From IMG/VR virus record IMGVR_UViG_3300035498_000844, positions 1-64,000 of that record: a DNA stretch of 64,000 nucleotides. One strand, given 5' to 3'. The first letter of the stretch is position 1, and every line of letters starts with the position of its first letter. This DNA is from a virus. Its lineage: Duplodnaviria > Caudoviricetes. The translations under genes and the position numbers were made by a program. Under the pieces are notes generated by a model. It worked only from the letters and a program-made list of their open reading frames with translations. It was not told the DNA's origin and did not search any database. Below are positions 34,023 through 44,913 of this stretch, one piece after another.

Positions 34023-35624
34023 GTGTCTATCTTGATTAATAGAAAAGAAGAAATAAAGAAAAAAGGCTTTAACATGAGTCTTGCTCAAGACACCCCAGAT
34101 ATGTATGTTCCTAAGAATATTCCTAGTCCAGACTTTTCTAAAATAAAAGTAGGAATTAAATCTCTTGATGATGCAGTTTATCATTTAGGAGATTATAAAA
34201 AAATTAATCCTAGATTAGCAGATAAACAAACTGTTTTAAAAGCTATGCATATGGGGGATCTCCAAACTATGAAAGAAGTTTCTAATTTCTTTTATAAGAC
34301 TAGCGGTATTTATTCTCGCTTATGTCGATATATGGCATATCTATATAGATATGATTGGATGATTACTCCATATGTAAATAGCGAAAGTGTTAAAGATGAT
34401 AAAGTTTTAGATGGTTTTAATAAAGCTTTATTATATTTAGATAATTTTGAAGTAAAACGCTTTTTTGGTGAAGTAGCTTTAAAAGTTTTACGAAATGGTT
34501 GCTATTATGGATATTTAATTTCACAAAATAATAGAATGGTAGTACAGGAATTGCCAACAGAATATTGTCGTTCGAGATTTTCTGTGAATCAGCGGCCTGC
34601 AGTTGAATTTAATATGAGATTTTTTGATGATACTTTTAGAGATTCTATTCAAAGAATGAAAATGTTAAATTTATTTCCCGCAGAATTTAAAAAAGGATAT
34701 ATCGCTTATAAGGAAGGTCGTTTAATTCCAGATTTTCCTGGAGATACATCTGGTTGGTACTTATTAGAAACAAAAAATGTTATTAAATTTAATATCAATG
34801 GAGAAGATTATCCAGCTTTTATTTCTGTTATTCCAGCTATTATAGACCTGGATGCCGCACAAGACTTAGACAGAAAAAAGATGGCGCAAAAACTGTTAAA
34901 AATTATTATTCAAAAAATGCCAATGGATAAAAATGGAGATCTAATCTTTGATGTTGATGAAGCTCAAGCTTTACATAATAATGCCGTTAAAATGTTGGGG
35001 AAAGCAATTGGTATTGATGTCTTAACTACGTTCGCAGATGTAGAAGTTGCGGATATGGCGGATAAAAATACTACAACTACCGTAGATGAATTAACTAAGG
35101 TAGAACGTACGGTTTATAATGAATCTGGTACTGCGCAGAACTTATTTAATACTGATGGTAATATTGCTCTTGAAAAATCAATTATGAATGATGAAGCCGC
35201 AATGTATAATTTAATTGTTCAATTTGAATCGTTTTTAAACGATTTATTAGCTCCTTTTAATAAAAATCCAAAAAAGGTTTTTTATAGAGCGCAAATATTA
35301 ACTACAACAATATATAATTATAAAGATATGGCTAAATTATATAAAGAACAAACTCAATTAGGTTACTCAAAGATGCTTCCGCAAATTGCACTTGGACAGT
35401 CTCAAAGCTCTATTTTAGCTAATGCTTATTTTGAAAATGATATTCTTGATTTAGTTAATGTATTTATTCCACCTTTAATGTCTAGCACAATGAATGCAGA
35501 TATGTTAAATAGAAAGTCTAACTCAAATAATTCTTCAAATGGTAATGGGGAAGTGGGCAGAAATGAAAAAGAAGATTCAGAAAAATCTGATAAAACTATA
35601 GCTAATCGAGAAAGTATGAATTAA
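34023..35624 (+). CDS. Portal protein
   Basis: 533 aa between TerL and protease/scaffold; start codon uncertain. Confidence 0.8.
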   Translation: MSILINRKEEIKKKGFNMSLAQDTPDMYVPKNIPSPDFSKIKVGIKSLDDAVYHLGDYKKINPRLADKQTVLKAMHMGDLQTMKEVSNFFYKTSGIYSRLCRYMAYLYRYDWMITPYVNSESVKDDKVLDGFNKALLYLDNFEVKRFFGEVALKVLRNGCYYGYLISQNNRMVVQELPTEYCRSRFSVNQRPAVEFNMRFFDDTFRDSIQRMKMLNLFPAEFKKGYIAYKEGRLIPDFPGDTSGWYLLETKNVIKFNINGEDYPAFISVIPAIIDLDAAQDLDRKKMAQKLLKIIIQKMPMDKNGDLIFDVDEAQALHNNAVKMLGKAIGIDVLTTFADVEVADMADKNTTTTVDELTKVERTVYNESGTAQNLFNTDGNIALEKSIMNDEAAMYNLIVQFESFLNDLLAPFNKNPKKVFYRAQILTTTIYNYKDMAKLYKEQTQLGYSKMLPQIALGQSQSSILANAYFENDILDLVNVFIPPLMSSTMNADMLNRKSNSNNSSNGNGEVGRNEKEDSEKSDKTIANRESMN

Positions 35625-35640
35625 TTGAAAGGAGAAGCAA

Positions 35641-37041
35641 ATGCACCAGTCAATTTCGACTCTTGATTCTCCAGAATTTATTAATTTACAACCTTTAGAT
35701 ATTAATCCCTTAATGTCTAGTTGTGAAATTAAAGTTTTATATCTTGGAGAAAATCGTAACCATAGTTACATTTCAAAAGAAGTAGCTACTGATATGGCAA
35801 AATCGCTTAGAGGTGCGCCTATTGTTGGTTATTATAAAGAAGAGAAACAAGATTTTACAGATCATGGAGAAAAAATCATTTTTGATGATGAAGGTATCAA
35901 ATTTGAATGTATGACAATTCCTTATGGTTTTGTAGCTCCAGATGCGAAAGTTTGGTTTCAAAAATTTGAAGATAAAGATGATTTTGGAAATTCTGTCGTA
36001 AGAGAATATTTAATGACTACGGGTTATCTTTGGACAGGTCAGTTTGAAGAATGTAAATCTGCTGTTGAGGGCGAAGGAAAACCGCAGTCAATGGAATTAG
36101 ATGATGAAACAATTCAGGGGCAATGGTCAAAAAATTATAAGACAGGTATGGATTTTTTCATTATAAATGACGCGATATTTTCAAAATTATGTATTTTAGG
36201 CGAAGATGTTGAGCCTTGTTTTGAAGGTTCTGCAGTTACCGCACCAAAAGTTAGTTCAACATTTACTAAGGTAGATGATAACTTTAAGAAAACTTTATAT
36301 ACTATGATGCAAGAGTTACGTTTTGCGTTAGAAGGAGGACAAAGCATGGAAGAAAAGAATGTTGTTGATAACACTCCTGTAACTGAAGAAAATTTAACTG
36401 TTGAGGACAAATTTAATTTAGAGGATACAGTGAAAAATCAAATTGATACAGAAGGAACAACTTCTACTACTGAATATACAGTTGAAACTCCTGCTGAAGC
36501 AGAAGTTGTAGAGGCTGAGACTGAATTCGTTAAAAAAGACGAAAAAAAGGATGAAGAATCTGATGATAAAGAAGATTCTAGTTCCGAAGAAGATTCAGAA
36601 GAAGATAAGAAAAAGAAAAAAGAAGAATACAGTTGCGGCGAAAGTGATGATAAAGATAAAAAGAAATATGAATTACTTCAAGCTGAATATGATGACTTAA
36701 ATACAAAATATACCGCAATGTTAGAAGATTATCAAGTTTTAAAGAAATTTAAAGCTGAAATCGAAGACAAAGAAAAAGATGCTTTAATTGGTCAGTTTTA
36801 TATGTTAGATGATGAAGATAAGAAAGATGTTGTAGCTAATAAATCTAAATATTCTTTAGATGATATCGAAGCTAAACTTTCAATTATTTATACAAAGAAA
36901 AAACTCGCCGCAGAGCAGGCTCAAACAAAAGTATCTTCTGAGAATGATAATATTACTACTTATACTTTAACTGATGAAACAAGCGGACTTCCAGACTGGG
37001 TTAAAGCAGTTCGTGAAGTTGAAGAAAACTCAAAATTTTAA
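35641..37041 (+). CDS. Prohead protease with acidic scaffold C-terminus
   Basis: SLRGAPIVG, YLWT, SMEL, LCILG..VEPCFEGS; D/E/K-rich coiled-coil tail. Confidence 0.75.
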   Translation: MHQSISTLDSPEFINLQPLDINPLMSSCEIKVLYLGENRNHSYISKEVATDMAKSLRGAPIVGYYKEEKQDFTDHGEKIIFDDEGIKFECMTIPYGFVAPDAKVWFQKFEDKDDFGNSVVREYLMTTGYLWTGQFEECKSAVEGEGKPQSMELDDETIQGQWSKNYKTGMDFFIINDAIFSKLCILGEDVEPCFEGSAVTAPKVSSTFTKVDDNFKKTLYTMMQELRFALEGGQSMEEKNVVDNTPVTEENLTVEDKFNLEDTVKNQIDTEGTTSTTEYTVETPAEAEVVEAETEFVKKDEKKDEESDDKEDSSSEEDSEEDKKKKKEEYSCGESDDKDKKKYELLQAEYDDLNTKYTAMLEDYQVLKKFKAEIEDKEKDALIGQFYMLDDEDKKDVVANKSKYSLDDIEAKLSIIYTKKKLAAEQAQTKVSSENDNITTYTLTDETSGLPDWVKAVREVEENSKF

Positions 37042-37066
37042 TAAATATACAGGAGGAATATGAAAT

Positions 37067-37597
37067 ATGGCTACAATTAGTAGAAAAGGTTTCGCGCAGG
37101 TTGAACCTAACCATCTTTCAGGCATCGTAACAGGACAGATTTTAGCACAGTTACCAGTTGATACCACCACAATGGGTACTATTATTGAAAATGGTAGATT
37201 TGCTAAATATGACTATGTTACTGGTAAAGTAAATCTTACTGGCGATGGCGAATGGATGCTTATTTATAATGAAGAAAAACTTTATGATGAGAGAAAACAA
37301 TCTCATAAAGATTTTGCTATGATTGCTACTGATTATACAGATGGAGAGATTGTTCCTAGATTAATCTCTACTGTATTAGGTGATATTTATACAACGAATG
37401 CTTTTGGCGGAGCTGCAAAGCATGATATGGATGAAGTTGAAGGAATTGAGGCTAGTGAAGGAACTAAACTTTATGTTGATCCAGCTACTGGTTATCTAGC
37501 TCTTTCTGGAGATGAAAAAGGTCCAGTATTTCAGGTAGTTAAGGTTTATACAATGGCTGACGGTCAACCGGGCGTTAAGCTTATGAGAATTGCGTAA
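37067..37597 (+). CDS. Capsid decoration/cement protein
   Basis: 176 aa immediately before the MCP. Confidence 0.55.
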   Translation: MATISRKGFAQVEPNHLSGIVTGQILAQLPVDTTTMGTIIENGRFAKYDYVTGKVNLTGDGEWMLIYNEEKLYDERKQSHKDFAMIATDYTDGEIVPRLISTVLGDIYTTNAFGGAAKHDMDEVEGIEASEGTKLYVDPATGYLALSGDEKGPVFQVVKVYTMADGQPGVKLMRIA

Positions 37598-37612
37598 TAG
37601 GAGGAAATAGAA

Positions 37613-38650
37613 ATGGCATTAGATAGAAATAGTTTAATCGAATTGGCTAGAGCCAATGCTAAAGCTTCTTTAAATCCTTCAGCTACTTATTCTTTTGGAG
37701 ATCAGAAGCTTTCTGCGGAAGCACTTAATAAAACATTTATTAATGAATTAAATGAGCTTGGAAAAACTCCACAGCTTTTCCGCGAAAACCAAAATTTAAT
37801 TTATACTTTACTTGAAGTTGGTCTTACTGAAGTACTTCCAGTTAAAGTTATGCAGAGCTATGGTCAGTTTGCTGATGTTAAGACTTATGCTCAGGGTACA
37901 AGACCAGTATTTAAAGTAAATATTAGCGAAGCTTCTAAGAAACGTGCTAAACAGTTTGTTACTAAAGTAGGTTTAGCTGGTAGATATGAAACTTTCAAAT
38001 TAGACGGTTATTCACTCGAAGTTCCTACTAGCGCATACGGCGGAGCTGCTAGAGTTGAGTGGGAAGAAATGCTTGATAATAGATTCACACTTAACGATTA
38101 TTATAATTTAGTTCTTGAAGGTTTAGATGAATCTGTATATCGCGAGATTGCAAAATCTTTAGAGGCTACTGTAGATACTATTAAACCTGTAAACAAGACT
38201 ACTCAAGGCGCATTTAATCAGCATGAGATGGATAGATTGCTTGCTACTGCAGATGCTTATGGCAAATCTACTATTTATTGTACTTTTGAATTTGCTGCTA
38301 CTATGATTCCAGATGAAAAATGGACATCTGATGCAATGAAAGATCAGATTTGGAATAATGGTTATTTTACTTCTTATAAAGGACATAATGTAATTATCTT
38401 ACCTCAATCTTTTGAAGATGAAACAAATGAAAAGAAAGTAATTGATCCTTCGATTGCTTATATTATTCCAACTGGTGCAGAAAAGCCTGTAAAAGTTGCT
38501 TTTGAGGGTCAAGCCCAGGTTAAATCTTTTGAGAATAGAGATTGGTCTACTGAGATTCAGACTTATCAGAAACTTGGTGTAGCTACTTATCTTGTAAATC
38601 CAGGTATTTGTGTATACAAGAACACCTCTTTAACAAAAGATAATAAGTAA
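37613..38650 (+). CDS. Major capsid protein
   Basis: 345 aa, position after the scaffold, strongly biased codons, terminator 38664-38699. Confidence 0.85.
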   Translation: MALDRNSLIELARANAKASLNPSATYSFGDQKLSAEALNKTFINELNELGKTPQLFRENQNLIYTLLEVGLTEVLPVKVMQSYGQFADVKTYAQGTRPVFKVNISEASKKRAKQFVTKVGLAGRYETFKLDGYSLEVPTSAYGGAARVEWEEMLDNRFTLNDYYNLVLEGLDESVYREIAKSLEATVDTIKPVNKTTQGAFNQHEMDRLLATADAYGKSTIYCTFEFAATMIPDEKWTSDAMKDQIWNNGYFTSYKGHNVIILPQSFEDETNEKKVIDPSIAYIIPTGAEKPVKVAFEGQAQVKSFENRDWSTEIQTYQKLGVATYLVNPGICVYKNTSLTKDNK

Positions 38651-38726
38651 CAAATGATATTTTTGGGAGAATTGAATAATGTAAATTATTAATTCTCCCA
38701 TTTTTTTAGAGATAAAAGGAGAATAA

Positions 38727-39317
38727 TTGAATATGGAAAAAAATACATTAATTAAAGTTGCAAATAGAGATAGCGGAAGAGTTGGCTATGAAGTTCCGGA
38801 AATGGGAGTTAATCGTCAGTTCGCCTCAAGAGAGACAAAAGAGATTCCGTTTGCAGAATTGCAAAGTTTATATTTCTTACCTGGCGGAGAAGATTTATTA
38901 AAAAATTACTTAGTAATTAAAAGTCCAGAAGCTTTAAAAGAACTTGGTATTGATGTGGAGCCAGAATATTTTTATTCAGAAGAAGATATTAAAAAATTAT
39001 TAACTCAAGGAAGTTTAGATGAATTTCTTGATTGCTTAGATTTTGCTCCAGATGGAGTATTAAATATGGTTAAAGATTTATCAGTATCCTTGCCATTAGA
39101 TAATATGTCTAAAAGAAATGCAATTCTTGAAAAACTTAATTTTAATGTTACGAGAGCAATTGAAATTCAAAATACTAAATTTGACAGTGGCGATGAAGAC
39201 ACCTCTAATCAAAAGAAAAAGGTTGAAAGAAGGGTTTCAACCCCAACAGCCGCCACAAGTACGGGACGCCGCACAACTATACCAAAATATGAAGTTGTGA
39301 CTTCAGAATCAAAATAA
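38727..39317 (+). CDS. Virion-module hypothetical protein
   Basis: 196 aa, AAGGAG SD, TTG start. Confidence 0.7.
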   Translation: MNMEKNTLIKVANRDSGRVGYEVPEMGVNRQFASRETKEIPFAELQSLYFLPGGEDLLKNYLVIKSPEALKELGIDVEPEYFYSEEDIKKLLTQGSLDEFLDCLDFAPDGVLNMVKDLSVSLPLDNMSKRNAILEKLNFNVTRAIEIQNTKFDSGDEDTSNQKKKVERRVSTPTAATSTGRRTTIPKYEVVTSESK

Positions 39318-39342
39318 TAAATAGATGAAAGGGTGAATTTTA

Positions 39343-39864
39343 ATGCAAACATTATTTAGTAAAATTTATGACTCCTTTCTTTCTAAAACAACAGATGATA
39401 TGTATATGGAATTAACTAGGGGAGATACTGAAAAATTATTAAAAGAATTATTATTAAATTCATTGCATTATTTTGAGTTCCCTAGAAAAGATATTTATGA
39501 TTATAATGAAGATTTAGAAGAATATAATATAGAACTCTCTAATGAAGAGATTAATATTATTTCAACATATATGGTTGTAGAATGGATAGGTCAGCAATTG
39601 GCTAGTGTTGAAAATACTAGAATGAAATATAGCGGATCTGATTTTAAATTTACATCTCAAGCAAATCATATGCAAAAACTTTTATCTTTGAAAAAAGATT
39701 ATGAAAGATTAGGTTTTCATTTACAAAGATTGTATAAAAGAAGAAAAGCAGACGAAGATGGAGTTATGCGTTCTACTTTTGGAAGTATAATGGAACCTAT
39801 TAAAAAATCTAGTAGTAAAATTTCTTATATTAATATAGCTACTGATGAAAACGGAGGTAGCTAA
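39343..39864 (+). CDS. Head-tail adaptor candidate
   Basis: Position; SGSDFKFTSQANH motif. Confidence 0.55.
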   Translation: MQTLFSKIYDSFLSKTTDDMYMELTRGDTEKLLKELLLNSLHYFEFPRKDIYDYNEDLEEYNIELSNEEINIISTYMVVEWIGQQLASVENTRMKYSGSDFKFTSQANHMQKLLSLKKDYERLGFHLQRLYKRRKADEDGVMRSTFGSIMEPIKKSSSKISYINIATDENGGS

Positions 39865-39865
39865 T

Positions 39866-40183
39866 ATGATAATAAAGTATAATGCTGAAATTAATGATGC
39901 GGCAATTAATAATAATTTAAAAAGACTCACTAATCAGATTTATAAACTTTTACCAAGTAGAGAAGAAAATATTGATTGGGAAAAACCTTTAGAAACTATT
40001 ATTGAAGAGTTTGCAGGAATGAATAGATTGCTTATCGACCAGCATGATTCATTATTTTCACTTTTATGTAAATTAGAAGGGCTATTTACATTAACTAAAG
40101 AAGATGATTTTTTTCTTTTTAGAAGAACTATCTTTGAATGTCTTGGTCTGTGTAATAGTTTGAAACAAAAATGCCAGGATTAG
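39866..40183 (+). CDS. Virion-module hypothetical protein
   Basis: GGAGG SD before ATG 39866. Confidence 0.7.
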   Translation: MIIKYNAEINDAAINNNLKRLTNQIYKLLPSREENIDWEKPLETIIEEFAGMNRLLIDQHDSLFSLLCKLEGLFTLTKEDDFFLFRRTIFECLGLCNSLKQKCQD

Positions 40184-41139
40184 AAAATTTAAAAACCAGA
40201 TTAAGCTATCAAGGCGGAAACGCGGAAGGTCGATTCCAGAAAGATAAGTTACAATCTCTGCGGAAGGCGTTATTATACTCTTATCAGGCGGAAACCGCAA
40301 TATTTCCAGATGGCAGAAAATTTAGATGTTTAATTAATAGCGATAAACTAAATACTGACTATGATAATAAAATTTTATCAATTCCTTATGAAGATATAGA
40401 CTTAAATAATGAAAAGAATGAAATGACTGCAGAAGGAATTACACCAACTGATATAAAAGTTGGAGATGTTTTTGAATGGGAAAGAACTGGAACTTTTTGG
40501 ATAATCTATTTACAATATTTAGAAGAAGATTCTTACTTTAGAGCTGAAATTAGACGATGCAAAGGCGAAATAGAAGTAAATGGAAAAACTTATAAGGTTT
40601 ATTTAAGAGGTCCCGCAGAAACTGAGATTCAATGGAATCAAAAACATAATACCTCTTGGAATGATCTTAATTATTCATTAGTTGCTTTTGTGCCTAAAAA
40701 TGAAGATACAATAGATTATTTTCATAGATTTACAAAGATAAAAATCGCTGAAGATGAAACTGGAAAAGTTAATACTTGGGAAGTTGCTACTGTAAATCCA
40801 TATTATGGAGATGGAATTATAAAAATTTGTTTGAATGAATCTTATAATAATGAGATGGCAGATGTTATTAAACAAGAGTCGACAGTATCAAATATAGAGA
40901 ATAATTCAGACATTGAGGGTAAAAAAGAAGTTTATCCATATGATATTGTGTCTTATGAAATAAAAAATAACAGTGGCGGCAATTGGTATATTAGTGATAA
41001 TAAAAAAGCTAATATTATAAAAAAAGACGACACATCTGTTACTATTGAAATTACCACTGGAAGAAGTGGCAATTTTGATTTAATTTATAGAAAAGAAAAT
41101 AAGGAAATTATATTTCCAATTATTATAAAATCCTTATAG
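40171..41139 (+). CDS. Head-closure/neck protein candidate
   Basis: Beta-rich; IKVGDVFEW...WIIYL; position. Confidence 0.55.
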   Translation: MPGLENLKTRLSYQGGNAEGRFQKDKLQSLRKALLYSYQAETAIFPDGRKFRCLINSDKLNTDYDNKILSIPYEDIDLNNEKNEMTAEGITPTDIKVGDVFEWERTGTFWIIYLQYLEEDSYFRAEIRRCKGEIEVNGKTYKVYLRGPAETEIQWNQKHNTSWNDLNYSLVAFVPKNEDTIDYFHRFTKIKIAEDETGKVNTWEVATVNPYYGDGIIKICLNESYNNEMADVIKQESTVSNIENNSDIEGKKEVYPYDIVSYEIKNNSGGNWYISDNKKANIIKKDDTSVTIEITTGRSGNFDLIYRKENKEIIFPIIIKSL

Positions 41140-41157
41140 AGATAAAAGGAGAAAAAA

Positions 41158-41751
41158 GTGAATAGAGATTTAGTAATGATAGATAAGTTAAATTCATCTT
41201 TCTTATCTTGTGAAAAAGATATTGAAACTATTTTAAAAAAGCTTTTTGTTGATAGTAAACAATATAGTAAAGAATTAAAACGATTATTAGTAATAAATAC
41301 TAAAGATTGTTTAGATAATAAAAGTAATCAAGCTTATATTGATAAAATTGAATCAATGTCTTTAGGAAAATTGCGAGAAGATGGATATATTAAATTAGAA
41401 CCAAAGATTAGAATGCCTGAACATGAAGAGGTAAAATCTTATATAATTATTAGTTTTGATAATTTTACTCCTAACGCAAAAAATCCTCAATTCCGCGATT
41501 GTACGGTATCTTTTGATGTAATTTGTCATACAGACTGTTGGGATATTGGAAATTATAAATTAAGACCTTTAAAAATTTGCGGTTATATTGATGGAATTTT
41601 AAATAATACTAAATTATCTGGAATAGGAACTTTTCAACTCGCGGGTTGTAATGAACTTATTTTAAATGAAAGTTTATCTGGCTATTGTTTAACTTATAAG
41701 GCAATTCATGGTGGAGAAGATATTGAGACAAGAGATATAAATAATGATTAA
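41158..41751 (+). CDS. Tail terminator/completion protein candidate
   Basis: Position before the tail tube; DCTVSFDVICH. Confidence 0.5.
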   Translation: MNRDLVMIDKLNSSFLSCEKDIETILKKLFVDSKQYSKELKRLLVINTKDCLDNKSNQAYIDKIESMSLGKLREDGYIKLEPKIRMPEHEEVKSYIIISFDNFTPNAKNPQFRDCTVSFDVICHTDCWDIGNYKLRPLKICGYIDGILNNTKLSGIGTFQLAGCNELILNESLSGYCLTYKAIHGGEDIETRDINND

Positions 41752-42484
41752 TGATTTACTTCTATTGTCTGGGAATGATATTCCATTCCAAGAAGCTCAA
41801 GTTAATATTCATCAGCCAACCATAAAAGAAATTGCTTATATAGGTGAAGAGGCGTTTTTTATAGGATGCGAATTATTAAATTTTTCTAAAGAAGTTTTGA
41901 GTACAGAGGACAAAATTAATTTAGAAGATAAAACTAATTTTGAAGTATTTATGTCAATAATGAAAGACAAAAAAACATTAGCCCTTCAAAGGAATAATAC
42001 ATGCGCAAAGATGGTTTTAACTATTATTTTTCCTAATTATAATATAATGGTTGAAGAAAATCAAATATCATTAAAAAATGAAAATGAAGCGCATTTTATT
42101 AATAATAATAATTTTGAAAATTTTAAAGAAATTTTGGTTGCTATGTTTTGTTTAAAACCAAAAAAGAATGATTCTCAAAGTTTTAATCCTGTTGGAGAAC
42201 AAGCTAAAAAGATTGCTGAAAAGTTGAATAAAGGTAGAGCGAAGGCCGCAGAGGCTAAAGGAGAGAAACAAAAAATTTCCATACTTGGTAGATATCTTTC
42301 AATTTTGGCGGTTGGACAATCTAAAAATTATAATGATTTATTACAATATACTGTCTATCAATTATTTGATGAATTTGAACGCTTTGAGTTAAAAGAATCT
42401 TATGATATTTATCTTAAAGCAAAATTAGCGGGAGCTAAGGATTTAGAAGAAGTGGATAATTGGATGAAAGATATTCATTCATAA
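41744..42484 (+). CDS. Tail-module hypothetical protein
   Basis: 246-aa ORF. Confidence 0.7.
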   Translation: MINDLLLLSGNDIPFQEAQVNIHQPTIKEIAYIGEEAFFIGCELLNFSKEVLSTEDKINLEDKTNFEVFMSIMKDKKTLALQRNNTCAKMVLTIIFPNYNIMVEENQISLKNENEAHFINNNNFENFKEILVAMFCLKPKKNDSQSFNPVGEQAKKIAEKLNKGRAKAAEAKGEKQKISILGRYLSILAVGQSKNYNDLLQYTVYQLFDEFERFELKESYDIYLKAKLAGAKDLEEVDNWMKDIHS

Positions 42485-42522
42485 TCAAAAATAACTTAAA
42501 AATTTTTAAGGAGGATATATAG

Positions 42523-43461
42523 ATGAAGTTTGGTGTACGCGAGATTTGTAATGTCGTATTTAAACCGAAATCAGATGTTGTAATTGGAAAAAAGACCTTT
42601 AAAAAAGGTCAGCCAGTTCTTTATATTGATTCTGCAAAAACTTCAACAGTAGAAGGTGCAGCAACAACTGTATATGCTAATGGTGGTAGAGGTAATACTA
42701 GATTAATTGCTTGGGAAGGTGAAAAAACTTTAACTTTCACTGTTGAAGACGCTTTACTTTCTCCTATTGGTTTCTCTATTTTATCTGGCGCAGGATTATT
42801 TGGAACAGGAAAGACAGATAACAAAGTACATGTTCATACTACTTCAATGACAACTATTAGTAATACTGCTACTGGAGATGCAACTCCTGTTCTTGTAGTA
42901 GATTTAACAGATGCTTTAGGTGAGGATGAAGAAATTTGCGGTCCTGACTATACTTTTGTTGCTCTTGCAGAAGATGATGGTGATTTAACTGGTGATCTTG
43001 TTGAGATTAAGAGTATCGAAGGTAAGGTAATTACTTTGACATCAACTGAAAAAGATCTTGTTGGCAAGATGGTATTTGTTGATTACTATGTAGTAAAAGA
43101 TGAAGCTAAAGTTGATGAAATGCAGATTGATGCAGAGCATTTTGCTGGTTACTATTATGTTGAAGCAGATACTCTGTTCAGACGTCAGAAAGATGGTGTA
43201 GATTTACCTGCAAACTTAACATTCCCTAATGTTAAAATTCAGTCTAATTTCACATTTACTATGGCTTCTACTGGTGATCCATCTACATTTACATTTACCA
43301 TGGATGCATTCCCAGGATATACTTACTTTGATAAGACAAAGAAAGTTTTATGTGTAATGCAAGTAATTGATCCAGATGAAGATGAAGATTTAAAAGCTGG
43401 AACTACAGTAATGGATAGTCATACTGCTCATGCGGCTGCCGCAGTAGTAGCAGAGGGCTAA
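42523..43461 (+). CDS. Major tail tube protein
   Basis: Highly expressed codon bias, beta-rich, GDPSTFTFTMD; terminator 43470-43489. Confidence 0.75.
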   Translation: MKFGVREICNVVFKPKSDVVIGKKTFKKGQPVLYIDSAKTSTVEGAATTVYANGGRGNTRLIAWEGEKTLTFTVEDALLSPIGFSILSGAGLFGTGKTDNKVHVHTTSMTTISNTATGDATPVLVVDLTDALGEDEEICGPDYTFVALAEDDGDLTGDLVEIKSIEGKVITLTSTEKDLVGKMVFVDYYVVKDEAKVDEMQIDAEHFAGYYYVEADTLFRRQKDGVDLPANLTFPNVKIQSNFTFTMASTGDPSTFTFTMDAFPGYTYFDKTKKVLCVMQVIDPDEDEDLKAGTTVMDSHTAHAAAAVVAEG

Positions 43462-43506
43462 TGATTTAAGGAGGCGGGAAACCGCCTCCATTTTTTGTTT
43501 ATGTAG

Positions 43507-44847
43507 GTGATAGATATGGATGCATGGGAAAGTTATATATATTATAAAAATGCAGATTGGCAATCTAATAGAGCATTTTTATATAATCAATTAGGATCTT
43601 TAGATATTGTTCAAGCTTATAATGATAATGCTAAAAAACTTGAAGCAACTTTAGCAAATGGACAAAATATTCCAGAAGATTTCGTAAAAAATGTGCAATC
43701 TGTGTTAGAAGTTAGATCTTCTAAAAAAGATTTAGAAACGTCATCTGATGTTGAAAAAATATTTAATGAATTAGTTAATTTTGTAAAGACTGATTTGAAT
43801 AAAACTATATTATATGGAAATTTAACTGTTGGTAGAGTCGGTGGTGGATATGACACCTCTATTATTAAAGATATGCAAAGTTTAAATAAAGTTATTGATA
43901 GCTTTAAAAAAATTAAAAATACTTTTGATAATTTTGATTCTAGTTTTCAAGAAAATGGATATAGTGATGTTAGCATAGTCTCCGCAGAAGGAATGAATAA
44001 AACTAAAATTGCTTACGATCAATTAGATAATTTTATTAAAAATTATGGTGGAATATCTAACATTGACGTAGGATGGGATAAAATTCAAAAAGATATAAAA
44101 ACAGTTTGCGGTTCTTTAGTTGGAGACTTTAAAGGCGGCCTTCTTGAATTTGGAGACTATATTCATTCTAAAGCTTTAATAGGAATTGAACAAGCTGTTG
44201 GAGATGCAATAATAAAAATAAATTCAGCTTCTTTAAGTGGAACTAAAGCTACTTTAATATTAGATAAAGAATTTGCAGATGCTAAACTTGGTGGACAACG
44301 AAAATTTGTTAATAAAAGTGATAATGTTGTTAACTTAACTTATACAGAAAATGATATGTCAATAACTGTAGATTTAGGTATTTCAGATAAATCTTATATT
44401 AAATCAAGAGGCAGAGGCAAAACTCTTGCAGATCAAATATCTTGGCAGCCTTTAATGACTGAAGGAGGATTAACAAATAGTAGTTTTGAATATTATTATG
44501 CTAATGCATATTTACATGGTATATCAGAAAAAGAACAAAATGATTTAGATAGATATTTAGCTGCAAAAGCCTCTGCATTTATTATCTCTGGAATTTCTGG
44601 AGGAGATCAAACTCAAGCATATTTTATTCGTTATGCAGATACTCTAGTGTATGTACCAACATTTTTAAGACAGATAGCAACTAACATAAAAGGTTCTTTG
44701 ATTGTTAAACCTAATAAGGCATTAAAAGAAAAAGATAATGTTTTTATTCAAACTAAAGCTTCAGAAGTAGAAGATGCTTACATTAGAACAAAAAATACAT
44801 TATCTAAATTACGTCAAAATGTTAAATTTACAGGGGCAAGAAAATAA
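43507..44847 (+). CDS. Hypothetical protein, possible restriction-endonuclease-like fold
   Basis: GGLLEFG...KSDNVV...GISDKSY spacing resembles PD-(D/E)XK; weak. Confidence 0.5.
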   Translation: MIDMDAWESYIYYKNADWQSNRAFLYNQLGSLDIVQAYNDNAKKLEATLANGQNIPEDFVKNVQSVLEVRSSKKDLETSSDVEKIFNELVNFVKTDLNKTILYGNLTVGRVGGGYDTSIIKDMQSLNKVIDSFKKIKNTFDNFDSSFQENGYSDVSIVSAEGMNKTKIAYDQLDNFIKNYGGISNIDVGWDKIQKDIKTVCGSLVGDFKGGLLEFGDYIHSKALIGIEQAVGDAIIKINSASLSGTKATLILDKEFADAKLGGQRKFVNKSDNVVNLTYTENDMSITVDLGISDKSYIKSRGRGKTLADQISWQPLMTEGGLTNSSFEYYYANAYLHGISEKEQNDLDRYLAAKASAFIISGISGGDQTQAYFIRYADTLVYVPTFLRQIATNIKGSLIVKPNKALKEKDNVFIQTKASEVEDAYIRTKNTLSKLRQNVKFTGARK

Positions 44848-44913
44848 AAAACTTGACAAAAGAAAAATTTTATAGTATAATTATAATAGAAATGAGATAA
44901 AAGGAGAATAAAA

